Positions 24,850-36,400 of a DNA stretch of 64,000 nucleotides are shown here, in pieces. Below the pieces are notes generated by a model, which saw only the letters and a list, made by a program, of their open reading frames with translations, was not told the DNA's origin and ran no database searches. The position numbers and the translations under genes are program-made. Numbering within the stretch: the stretch's first letter is position 1; each line of letters opens with the position of its first letter. This DNA is from Trypanosoma brucei (taxonomy: Eukaryota), in NCBI GenBank assembly GCA_000002445.1, contig AE017150.2, positions 192,001 through 256,000 of the forward strand, read 5' to 3'.

Positions 24850-26940
24850 TTTAGTTCGTTATTCAACACACTCCCTTACATGTCCTCTTCTCACCATTTA
24901 TAACCCACACGAGCAGCATCAAATATAAATTGTGAAGAGGTATGAGATCACAAGGAACTCGCTCTCATTGAGAAGGTTGGATGCGTCATATATATATATA
25001 ATCATGTAATCCCTTTTCATTTCAACAATACGCAAACCTCAACTGCGGAATCGACTTTGAATGAGTTGACCTCGTCAGCATGAAACGGAGTCCGCCCAGT
25101 GGCATGAACATTAATCTTATCAGTAAACATGTGTTTGAGGTGTTGGTAATAAATGGGGTCAAAGAAAACATAAGTGCGTATCATCTTCCCCGTTATGCCC
25201 GAGTGGAAAATATACATCATCTCCTTGAAGATAATTGTATCCATGTTGTATCAATTCCTCATCCAGCTCCTTATCCCTATCAGTACCCAAACGCAGTGTC
25301 ATCGCCGAATTTTTTCATGAATGCACTCACACCTTTGAGCTAACGAGTTCCAGCAACTTTGCAACTGTCATACGGCTCGGGAATCCATGAGAATTTATGA
25401 TCATATCTGGGCAAATGCCTTTACTCATTGAAGGGCATGTTAACACACCATCAGTCATGAGATCCACTACTCCCTCCAGACCGTGCCGTGAGGAAAACTT
25501 ATTTCAGACCTCGGGACCGCAAACTTCTCTCGTGGCAACTTTAACTTTATTGTTCTACATCCATTGATATATCCGAGTCACTGGAAGGTGAGAGATGACC
25601 ACATTTGGTTCACAACAGCAGGCTGAGGGTATTTATTATATTCAAGAAAATTAGGTCTTGGTTCCTTGAAAGGCACGGGAGTTTATTTGTTTACAAAAAT
25701 ATCAAACTGACAGACAGCCGCACCTTTACTACTGGCAATACCATCACTACTAAAAGCATTGTGTCTCGCAACATTCCAATCTGTTGGAAGAATTATATCA
25801 TACATACTCACCGTTGGGAAGTCTTTCCAGTTTCATCTCATGCTTACAAAAAACACACCACCCATAGCCACAATTGAGCGAACTGCGGTTGTGTACACCT
25901 TTGAGTCTTCAATATTGTAACCTCTATAGCTCATAATGCATACCATCGTATTAATTCCTGCGCCTAATATTTTGTAGTTGCTTAGGTTCATAGCCTTCGT
26001 CCAGCAAAGGGATAGTTGAGAGTAAGCACTCAACATAAGTACTGTGTCCATTTATAATGTACTGATTATACGCAATGGTTCCAACAGCTTGCTTGCCCAT
26101 GGCTGACTGTAATGTGTTTCGTACAAATTGATTGTGATGTGGAAAGGAGAATAATGCTAGCGACAACTCCAAGTGAGTCTCGTGTACTGCTCAATGTCTT
26201 TGTGGTGAACTGCTAAAAGACAGACATTCGCTTCGTCATATAAGTCAATGAATTCCACAACAAACCTTCAGCTAAAATATCGTTAATCGAGCACTTGCTT
26301 GAACTCAAGTTATCCAGGTGTTGAGAAATTACAGCGTGTTTCCCATCGCGAACGAAAACATACAACCTCACGATCCTTCCGCCGACACTAACAATTCGAA
26401 CACTATTCTGGCGGTCATTTATCGCAATTGAAACGTGTGGATGCAAGCGGCCTGTGTTCCTCAGGGTTCGTAATACATCCTGACACAAACGGCTCATGTA
26501 TCGATAAACGCACATCAGCGCTTCATTGAGGAAAACTGTGTAGTATTTAAGAAATTCGTTAAGGCTGATATAATCTATTTCCTCCACTCCAATATTGTAC
26601 GCATCCGCGTGTCAACAAACAAATTATTCATGTCTAGTGTTACCTGACTAAGAATAGCAAAATTATTAACCAAACAGCAACAACTTTCACCCTCTGGGGT
26701 ATCGCAAGGAGGGACATACACCATTCCCACATTGACTTGAATAGAGAAATAATGATCCGCACATGTGGGTCAATAGACGAGGCCATGGTCACTCCACTGC
26801 TGCCGTTACATATGATCACTGCATTGTTTTCGTATCAATGTTGATGATGATATGGGATTTGCTGCTGGAGGCAACCAACAACATAAGTTTAAGGTTGCCA
26901 CGTGTGGAGAGAGGCCCAACTGCCAACCCTCAACCAGGAT
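24850..26940 (-). pseudogene. Pseudogene for an RNA polymerase second-largest subunit (Rpb2/Rpa2/Rpc2 family). It is frameshifted and N-terminally truncated. The polymerase class is undetermined.
   Basis: These motifs appear in N-to-C order on the minus strand, each with the canonical Rpb2 sequence it matches. GLAVGPLSTRGNLKLM corresponds to [36 protein letters not shown] corresponds to [33 protein letters not shown] corresponds to CYSGYNQEDS. VKVRLSVS...SRAFQGTKT corresponds to VKVRVRTT...SRHGQKGT. GITGKMIRTYVFFDPIYYQHLKHMFTDKINVHATGRTPF corresponds to GHTGKK...[25 protein letters not shown]. The motifs are split across ORFs 26213..26587, 25951..26172, 25833..26051 and 25017..25244, all on the minus strand. 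Confidence 0.6.
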
Positions 26941-27958
26941 AACAGAAGTGATTATAAGGAAAGAGAAGACAACATATCATAGCATGTTTACCCACCGACA
27001 AATAATTGAAGAAAGAAAAAGAAAGAGAGGAAAATGGACGAAATCACGTCACCAGCTGCGTGTCTGCGAAGAACACCATCAAGAGCTGCTCCATAACTGC
27101 AACCATAACTAACATGTATAATATAATTATAACAGCTCGTATATGAAACAGCACATCCAGTAACTGCTTCTAATGTTTGCATATTTCACTCCGTCACAAT
27201 CTCTCTCCCATGACACCTACTGGAAACACAACTCAGAGGAGTTTTAGTTGAGGCATGTTTCCAATACGCTCTCTCTACCACGGATGGCAAAGAAGCAAAA
27301 AGTACTATTACATTTTTGTTCTTTTTATCATTGGACTATAGATCCCTATCTCTACACGGATGGAAAATTTAGATTGTATAAATGAAAAGAAGATGTGAAA
27401 AGTTAGTGTAGTATAATCCAATCCTTTAGTTAGTAACAGCACAAATGAAAACAAAACGTTACAATGTTTTCTTACGTCCGTCGATAACATTATTTCTGTC
27501 TTCATCTGTGCCCCTTAAGATTACGGTGTGGCTTAACTCCAGTTACGCGTTAGCCGATAAAATACTACTTTTACTATTCATTAGTCATCTTCATTTCCAC
27601 ATCCCTTCCCTCACCTCCGACAACTATGTAAATTACCACGCCCTTTCCTGCACTAACCGCCGCATTTGATTGCTGATTGAAAAGAATAAGATGATTACTA
27701 CACCCGCTATTTGCTGAATATTACCCCCTTGCAGCGCATCCTGTCATGTCAAGCATTAAGACAAAGCCATTTACCCTGTCTTGGCAGTCAGGACTGCTGG
27801 CCTCCCAATGATACGACAACTCAATTTTACATTAAATGAAAAAACGCCGCCTCGCCCCACATTAGCACCGTACACTGTTGACTGCTTGCGTTCACCATAA
27901 CATACCAGGCCGGATATTTTTACCCAGCTTCCACCTCACCTAATGCTATGAAATCGTC

Positions 27959-30484
27959 TCACCCTCCTTGCGCTCCCGCTTGCTCGTTGCGTGGCTGCGG
28001 CGCAGGCTCCATGGCCAGAAGTGGAGCATCCCGATACCAACATTCATCTCTATATGCTCGCATTAGCTGCCCCTGCATTTCTTCCCTTAACGTTACTTGG
28101 TATTGAGCCATGTTTCTCCACATATCTGCCGCTTCGGCGGGGTTGTCGCCATCACAAAGCTGCCATCTTGTAATCACACCACCGTTAACCGAATTAATGT
28201 ATATCATCTCCCAAACCATGTTGCGGGAAAACGCACCCCAATCAGAAAAATATCTTGCCATGTTTTCTCGGAACTTCTTCACCTTATCCGTAGTGGTGGG
28301 GTGCCTCTCCGACTTGGTTACTTGTAAAAGCACAGCTATATTTGGAGTGGTCGGTGGCGCTGCTCCGTCACGGTTTCTCCTGAACCGCCCCTCAACGAAA
28401 AAAAAGCCATCCACCACGGGTTCATTGCCTGTGGCAGGGCGGTAGAGAACCATGTATTCACAATTATCAATTGGTTGCTGGTGGGTCGCAGGTAAGGCCT
28501 TCTGCCCAATGAGTCTCAACTGCTGAGGAGCCATGTCGTTCAGTATGCATCGTTTCTCTTCCAGTCCGCCAGGCCGCTGCAGGTATTTTAAGTTTTCTGC
28601 GATAACTTTAAAAACTCGAGGGAAAAGAAGCGAAAGCAACGCCCTTGATTCAAACACGTTGGCTGCGGCACTCTCGTCTGACATCGTAACTTGACAGATA
28701 GCCATTTTCTCCACATCAATGGCAAGCAGTTTGAAAAATATAGCATTCCCAATGCAAACCGAAAGTGGCCGGCAGCGGTATTCATCGACGCTCTCTCCGG
28801 CATCTCGCACACGGACGATTTTCACTAACCTGTGCGTTACCTTATCATTTCGCCAATCGGCAATTTTCCCCATTATGTCCTCGTAGTGACTTTTGTTGTC
28901 ACCATTGATGGACGTTATCATCTTTTTTGCCTGAGACACACGTTTTGTGTACCCCGCGCTGTTGTAAACGCAACGAGGCACTGGCCCAACCACATTAATA
29001 CGGCTCTTTATTGTTTCCCACTCATTTTCAAGTTCTTCTACAATCCTCGCCTGAGCTTCTTCATCAAGTGCCGCATAGCCTGATGCTACAGACAGCTTAG
29101 TCCATGCCACAAATGCCTTCATGTCACGCACATCATCGCAGTTTATAATAATTCCTACGTCTCTCTTGTCTTTTGACCAGTGATGAAAATGGGCCTCATC
29201 CGGAGAAGTGAGGAGAGTTACACCCCAAGCGTGAACCGGCAGACCATCGGGTGGCGTCTGCGCATTCTTGCATATGTCAACAATGATGTGCCCTTTTTTT
29301 TTCTTGAATACTAACGCAGCTATGACCCTAACAGCAGCTTTCACGTCTTCATATTCCTCAACCCTTCCCTCTTCCCCGGGTTTCTTGTTATATATTAAAT
29401 AGGCGATCCCGTCTGTGAAATACGCAACAACATCAAACATTCCTTCATGGAAGTGAAGCAATGAATGAAGCAAAAATGATCCAACACCGTATGATTTACC
29501 AATACCAGGTGTACCAATAACAATATGTCTCGGTGTTATATCAGCTTTTTCCACCCACCTTCCTTGCAGCCCTCGTTGGATTATATACCACACGCGCATA
29601 ATTTCACGACGGATATATACATGTTTAAAATTTTCCCAGCATATCTCAGCGTCATCCAATGCAAACCTGTTGTATGGCCAACCCTTCTCCGAAGTGAGAA
29701 CAAAAATCTCTAAACCATAAGGTCTCTCCGGCACTCGTGCATCAAGATTCGCAGGAAGAGGATTTATATCCACCTCTTCTTCAGTCCACATGTGTGGCGG
29801 TCTTCCATCGAACACTTTCATGCCAAGTGGCTCTTCATCATAACCCGACATCACATAACTCCATTTTGCATTATAAATGGAATCATACACTCCTTCAAGG
29901 TATACAGCACCATCAGATGCCTGGGCAGCTCGCTTTTCCGCTCTCTTGGCGGCTATCACTGCAGCATCCAACCTTCCCCTCGCCACGGGACCAACAAATT
30001 CCCTTATTTCTCCCTTTCCCTTCTCCTCCCACTGACTGAGGGTGCTAATTTCCTTTTCGTCAAGGTAGTCTACCTTCTCAGACAGATCAATAGCTGTCTT
30101 CACTGTTTTAAACTCATCAGTGCCCCGTACCCTTCCTAGAAGCCTGGCATCCAAAATATAATCCTCCGGGCTCTGAACAAAAATGGGCATCCTAACATTT
30201 TCTGCTTCAGCCACCGCAAAAGTCCCGCCAACGAACTTCTGAATAAAATCGTTCACTGTCATATCCCTCAAACCCGCATAATCCTCCAGCAGCACATCCC
30301 TCACCTTACTATCCATAGTCCAGTTGGGCCCCCCTTCAGTTCTCTGCCGTATTTGTGGAGGCTGAGCAGCAGGAGGCGGTACATTTTCATCCCGTGGTCT
30401 CCTCATGGCTGCTCCAAAATTACCTGCCACTTGTGGATTTTCATTATTTCCTTGTGGAGCTGCGGGACTATTTGCCCTTGACAT
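27959..30484 (-). CDS. RHS: RHS protein, intact 841 aa. MSRANSPAAPQ start at 30484; the listed ORF extends further upstream to 30601.
   Basis: Full-length ORF with GTPGIGKSYGVGSFLLHSLLHFHEGM, an unoccupied hot spot at 29464..29475, and the C-terminal PVVDGFFFVEG and WEMIYI motifs. Confidence 0.85.
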   Translation of the reverse strand: MSRANSPAAPQGNNENPQVAGNFGAAMRRPRDENVPPPAAQPPQIRQRTEGGPNWTMDSKVRDVLLEDYAGLRDMTVNDFIQKFVGGTFAVAEAENVRMPIFVQSPEDYILDARLLGRVRGTDEFKTVKTAIDLSEKVDYLDEKEISTLSQWEEKGKGEIREFVGPVARGRLDAAVIAAKRAEKRAAQASDGAVYLEGVYDSIYNAKWSYVMSGYDEEPLGMKVFDGRPPHMWTEEEVDINPLPANLDARVPERPYGLEIFVLTSEKGWPYNRFALDDAEICWENFKHVYIRREIMRVWYIIQRGLQGRWVEKADITPRHIVIGTPGIGKSYGVGSFLLHSLLHFHEGMFDVVAYFTDGIAYLIYNKKPGEEGRVEEYEDVKAAVRVIAALVFKKKKGHIIVDICKNAQTPPDGLPVHAWGVTLLTSPDEAHFHHWSKDKRDVGIIINCDDVRDMKAFVAWTKLSVASGYAALDEEAQARIVEELENEWETIKSRINVVGPVPRCVYNSAGYTKRVSQAKKMITSINGDNKSHYEDIMGKIADWRNDKVTHRLVKIVRVRDAGESVDEYRCRPLSVCIGNAIFFKLLAIDVEKMAICQVTMSDESAAANVFESRALLSLLFPRVFKVIAENLKYLQRPGGLEEKRCILNDMAPQQLRLIGQKALPATHQQPIDNCEYMVLYRPATGNEPVVDGFFFVEGRFRRNRDGAAPPTTPNIAVLLQVTKSERHPTTTDKVKKFRENMARYFSDWGAFSRNMVWEMIYINSVNGGVITRWQLCDGDNPAEAADMWRNMAQYQVTLREEMQGQLMRAYRDECWYRDAPLLAMEPAPQPRNEQAGAQGG
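29464..29475 (-). other. Unoccupied hot-spot target site AATGAAGCAAAA
   Basis: Same 12-mer as the RIME target-site duplication. Confidence 0.7.
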
Positions 30485-33461
30485 AACTCTCTTAATATTA
30501 ACGTAACTTAACTTCCTTTCCTTTTCTTTTTTCTCTGAAATTATAATTAACTGAATTAAAATAATAGATAAGGAAACAATAGCGGGTGAACAGTGTAACA
30601 TAATATCAAATGTAATATAGCGCGTTAATGTTTATTCACTATTGTTTGTATAATATGATATCATAATGTATTTGGTATTAAGAGGAACAATTTCAAAATA
30701 TAGCAGCTGTAAATAAATATTTCCCTTGCTTCATTATCATGTGCTAAATGTAATATATTCCTGTATCATTCTTTTTAAACCATATATAATATGGAAACAA
30801 AAAATATTACTGCCTCATATACCTGCATCAACACTACGTATATATAATCAATATTTAAAGAGAGTCAAATTCTATCAATTAAAATCAAGTAAAACAATAA
30901 ACAAAAAATTTATGGATATTAATGAAGCGAAGAAATAGAGTATCGGCACAACACAAAGATATACACACACATGGATACACACGGTTACACAACTGCTTCT
31001 TTATATACCCTCCCCATTTTTACAATACGTAACATTCACTTGCATTGAAAGAATTTATTGAAAATATAAATCACTTATCCCCTCCCCCGTGTAATCACTG
31101 ACTTCCAAAGGAGAATATTAAATAATGTCTGTAGGACAGGTAAAAAAAACTGATAGTCTTTTTGCATCAGATAACCAGAAGGTATTTCTGTTTACTTTGA
31201 TTATAAACAAAAACATCATTTTGCCTTCAGTTAAAATAAAATTGATTTACTTGCCTCCTCACTGTTCACAACTAACAACAACTAATTCAGCCCCACATAT
31301 TCACATGAATCTGATGTGCCATGGGTGTTGAATCCATTCACACATCTTCCATGATAGCGATGATACAACATATTGTAAATAATTGGAATAAAATTAATAC
31401 AATTAATTGAGGAAACCGTAAAAGATTATCATAACACATTTTTAAATTTCACTTCCTTTCATTTACACAGATTAAATATGTAATGAGACAATTCCCTTTC
31501 AGTACGTGTCCACACCTATTGTATCATCATTGTAAGTTTCCTATTGCTCATATACACAAAGTTATTATAATAACAAAAAATAAAACAACTCATTGAAACA
31601 ACTTGAAAAAATATATAACAAATAAAGGTAATAAAGAGAATGAGCGTGAACTGACAGATAATAAAATGAAACATGTCTCGCACTTCCCTTCTAAATATTC
31701 AATAGTTGGCGGATTACAAATAAAAACAATTACACATTATAAAAAGGAAAGGATATAATTACATTATGCACCTGCATGAGGATATGTAACAGCGAGTCAT
31801 AGTAGAAATAAATTGCCTAAACACAATAGTTATGGAAGATAAAATAATTCAAAATATCAAAAATATTATTCTATCAACATTCCCTTCCTCCTCCATTAAG
31901 TTTCCAATGGTTTCAAATAATAATTCACATAATCCCATACATATGTTACGATGGGTATTGCATGCAGTACAATTTAAAGGAAGTGTAACTCATATAACAT
32001 TTTCAAAAAAAAGGTATTGAATGACTATTTGCTACCATCAATTACATTTCCAATGCCTGATTACACTTTTATATGCATGAAGGAAGTTACTGATGATAAC
32101 TTTGACATGCTCGAGAATCCATAACACAAAGCGACAGCTGCATGCAATAAAAAATAAAAATAAAAATAACATCCGAATTCATTTACTGACAGATGAGTGC
32201 AATTCATTCACCCAAACTTCATAGCTGTAAACATAAACTCGATGCTGCCAATAGGAAATAATCCCGCATAAATATTGAGTATCTGAAAATGATAGCAACG
32301 GGTTTCCATTTTTGAAATATATTCATAAACTACATGAGGTATATGAAGCCATATTGGTAAAGTGTCACTACGCATGTTGCAATTTACTATCAAAAGTGTC
32401 TGCCTTATTTTATTTCTTGTGTTACTGTAACTCATGAGTATCATTCATTATTCTTTACAATACAACTGTAAGTCATTTTGCATTTTTACATATTTTCTTA
32501 TTCTCTCATACTGGAAGTATTCCACATATGAGATTCCTCAATATCGTTCACAAAATAAAAATAATTTCATTTCCTTCTGCATTCAGTTTCTCGTGCAGCA
32601 GTGTGTGTACTAATCATCCATAAAGTTTTTAATTTGCCAAATACATCATCACGAAACTATTTTCCACAAATAAACAAACATACAAATCATTGGGACAATA
32701 TCTTTGAGATATTTCCTTCACTATATTTGCAGTTCAGTAGTGATTAAAATACACTTTTCTGTATAATTCAACACATGGTGGAATTGCAAAGAAATGTGAT
32801 AGTACTTATAATCAATAAGTTCTCAATTTTCCTCACACGGTCTCCTTTCATGCCTTTACATCCTTATATAATTCACAGAGAATTACTGCAATTTCTTTCA
32901 TATGCTTTCAGGATTCCATATGTCACAATACAAATAATATATATATATTTGCTCTTACATAATTTGCACATAATATTGCTTAACATATAAATTATCACAA
33001 ACCTATGACATTACACTCCTCCTAAGAATAATAGAATCAAATCATTTCTATTTTGCATCATTACATGAAGCTTTGGAAAATGGAAAAAAAAGAATCAAAC
33101 AAAAGGTAATGTAAAGAACACAGTTTCATAATACAGATTAAAACTTGTTTGTGAGTGTCAGATGCAAACACAAAATGTTCAAACAGGGAAACAGTAAAGG
33201 ATGTTACTGGTGATGTAAGCACAAATTAATCAAAAATAGAAACATAAATAAAATTGAAACTTGTAAAAACACAAATATATATGATACAAATATTTACCAC
33301 ATATTATAATTCGCCACCCTCACACTTGAATTATAAAGAGTACATAATACACATATGTGGTAAAACTAATACAACTCGAATATACATATGTGCCATCTTC
33401 TTAACATAATCATTCCAATATTTACTCAGTGTGTGTGTGTGTAGTGATGATGAAATGTAAT
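30485..33461. repeat. Intergenic repeat block U2, copy C (the longest copy)
   Basis: Collinear with 6617..8805 and 21190..22812. Confidence 0.8.
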
Positions 33462-36400
33462 CGGCAGTCCCTTGACTCGGAATGCGGTATTAACATGTCC
33501 CAGATTTTAAGCATTCTTGTTCTACAAGGGAAGTCATTTGCCTTTTTTTCCTTTTTGCGCAAACAAAAAATAAAAAGAAGAATTCAGGTGTTGTAGCGGA
33601 TAACTAGCTTTTTGAATCGTAGCAATATATTATGAAGCATGTACCACAGTCTACTCAGTATTTTTTTTATTTTTTTGACTTCCTCTGATTTCATTAACTT
33701 TCGTACATGTTTATGAATGATACTTTTTGTGAAAGTTATAACAAGAAACTAACTCTTATTTTTAGTCACTAGTTTCACAGTTCTGAATTTTCGCAATGAT
33801 GCCGCGGCAAAATATCATTCTTGCTTCTTATTTTATTGAGGAGTTACTCTCGTAGAAGAAAGCAGGATGAAAATACTCAAGACTTCACCAACAGGGGCCA
33901 GACATTCCTCAAAAAAGAACGAACAAAGGAGTTAACCACACAACCCTTCTTACAAATGAGCGTCTGTCAATGTGCAAGAAAAAACAATGGCTCTTCAACT
34001 GCATGCAACACTAGAAACGATATCAGCGGCTTCAATCCCACAGTTAAAGCCACTTGACGAAACACTCAGCATATGAGACCCTTGCAAAGCAATGTATTGG
34101 TTATTTAAAGAAAAAGAAAAAAATGTATTCCTTCACGTGCCGTTTCAACAAACTGCTAGCCTAGAACTAAGAGTATCAAAACACACGTGATATCTACTCG
34201 TCGAATATTTGCTGCCCAGCTGACTCCAAACTCACAAAGAGGGAACCAGACGTAACCACTTACAGATCAGCCGCTAGTGTCCTTTAAGTGCATACAAATA
34301 CACAACAGCAATCATTGTCACACTAATTTTAGGCATCATTTAATACGTATTTAACAAACATGATGCCCGACTCCAAATGTGAAAGGCACTCGTCACGCAC
34401 CCTCCCCGCCAATTCCACAGAATGGTGGAAACGAAGCGGCAAAGGAGGAGCGGCGCGGCGCTGTTAAACCGAATAGCTGCGCATCGGCCGCATTGAGTTT
34501 GTGGAATGCGGAGAAACCACCAGTTGAGTTTAGAGTAAGTGATGCCTCTCACAGAGCAGTGGCGGCAGAAGGTGTCAAGAACCTTTTTTTTAGAAACCTC
34601 CCGAAATGCGTTGAAACGCCAAGCACTACCGTCACCCCCAGAGCAAAAACGTTGGGGAGAAAAAGCGAAACAACGCGTGGGTTGTGGCGCTGAAACCGCA
34701 ATTACCAACTGGCAAGGTGGATGGACCGCGACAAGTGAGCGAGCGAGGGAGGCATCGCGATATGTTTGTGAAATGTGGGGAAATGTAAGAAAAGAGACCA
34801 CTAAATATGATAACAATGTCAGACCAACGAATATGAGCAGCGTCCAATTCCGTTTAGAAACCCTGTCCGGAATTTCTGTCCGTAAAACAACAACTGGCAG
34901 CGCCGACGAATTCGTGACAGAGGGCTGCGGGATGCCAACCAAAAAAAAAAAACAACAACAGGCCACAACCACACCGAATCAGAAAGTCCACATAAAAGTA
35001 ACCAAATACACGCAGCTCAAACGCTCAAATGTTGGATACGCAGCAGGTGAACGACGGAAGGAATATTATCCGGCGCTTGGAAGCATGTCACCACCGCAAC
35101 GTCTCCTCAGAAACTGGACAACTTCAAGTGTGGAGTGGCGGCTTGCACATGAACGCAGTTAATGTCAGAAAAGGGGTGAAAGGCACAGCGGAAGGAATGG
35201 CGAAGCAAAAAAGGCAGGGAGGCGGTGCCAAGACTCCCGAGCAGCCATCCGCTAAAACCTACGGCACATGACGTGCATGGTATGGCGGCACGGCGCAGGA
35301 GGAACTGTTGCAACGAATCAGACATGACTGTTATGGGCCCGTCACTGCCTTCAGAGACTTTTCCAAACGAAAGGAAAGAGCGCAATGCGACAGAGTGATG
35401 CTGACGTGTGCAGAAGTCTGAAGGCATTATATCAGCGAGGTCTGTGGTGACTAAAAGCCTGAGATGGGCACATGGTTAGAAGGGTGGTGGATCCTGCGAA
35501 TAGTTGAAAGTAGGGTGCCTGTACTTTATTTCTCATATACTCGCGTGCTCCGTATACAAAATATAAATGAGAAATGGAGCCAACAAACGCGCCAGCAAAG
35601 TGACTCTGTTCCTTTGCAATGTCCAGACAATTCGTACTAAGACTCTTAAAGCTATTGGACCGAAGGAACCTCACGACCATGTGCAGCCGGCAAACGTGCG
35701 AAAATGGGTAGCTGGCCGGCATCTCACCCTCCACTTGGCAGCTTCTCTCAACTGGAATATCGGGGATTATGGATGGTGCGGAAAGCTCATCATTTCGTGG
35801 ATTCTTCTGAATAGCAATGGAGTCTGAAGGTTAACCCAAAGAGTTAAAACGTTGAACAGACCTGGTGACCCACATGGTCTTTTTTGTGTGTGAAAAGTGC
35901 CGGACTGCCTTACTGCATCCCTTCGCGTGCATGCAAACTGAGCACAACGCAATGTCTCCTTTATTGTTTGAAGCATGAAAGCTCATGGATCATAGCCATG
36001 TGACATAACGCCTTGATTACGTTAGACTGATAGGACCGCTGTGTATTTTTTGTCGTTTATGTTGGGATTGGTATTTGATAGTAGCATCTGCTAGTGTGCA
36101 ATCATTCTAGTGAATTCGGCACATTACAGTGATTTCTTTTGAGAGTTTCTCTTCCCCCTCACTCTGAGTAGATGTGGGGTAACTGGTTTCTTTTCTGACG
36201 TTAACATGGTATGCCAGTTCTGTTTGGCAATGTTACGGTATCATCACGCACAGTTTCGAAAATTGTCTGTAAAGCTGTTTTGAATCCATGCTGCGGTTGT
36301 CACGAATCAGAAAAATTATAACGGAGACGGGTCTGCAAAAAGGCATTGTGAGTTAGCGACAATACTGCGTATCAAATAATGTCACATCACGATGATTACA

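Noticed and set aside
34340-35162. 210-aa and 207-aa ORFs on opposite strands in the GC-rich island
   Set aside because: They overlap each other, their translations are low-complexity, and they carry no recognisable motif. This is typical of GC-rich non-coding DNA.
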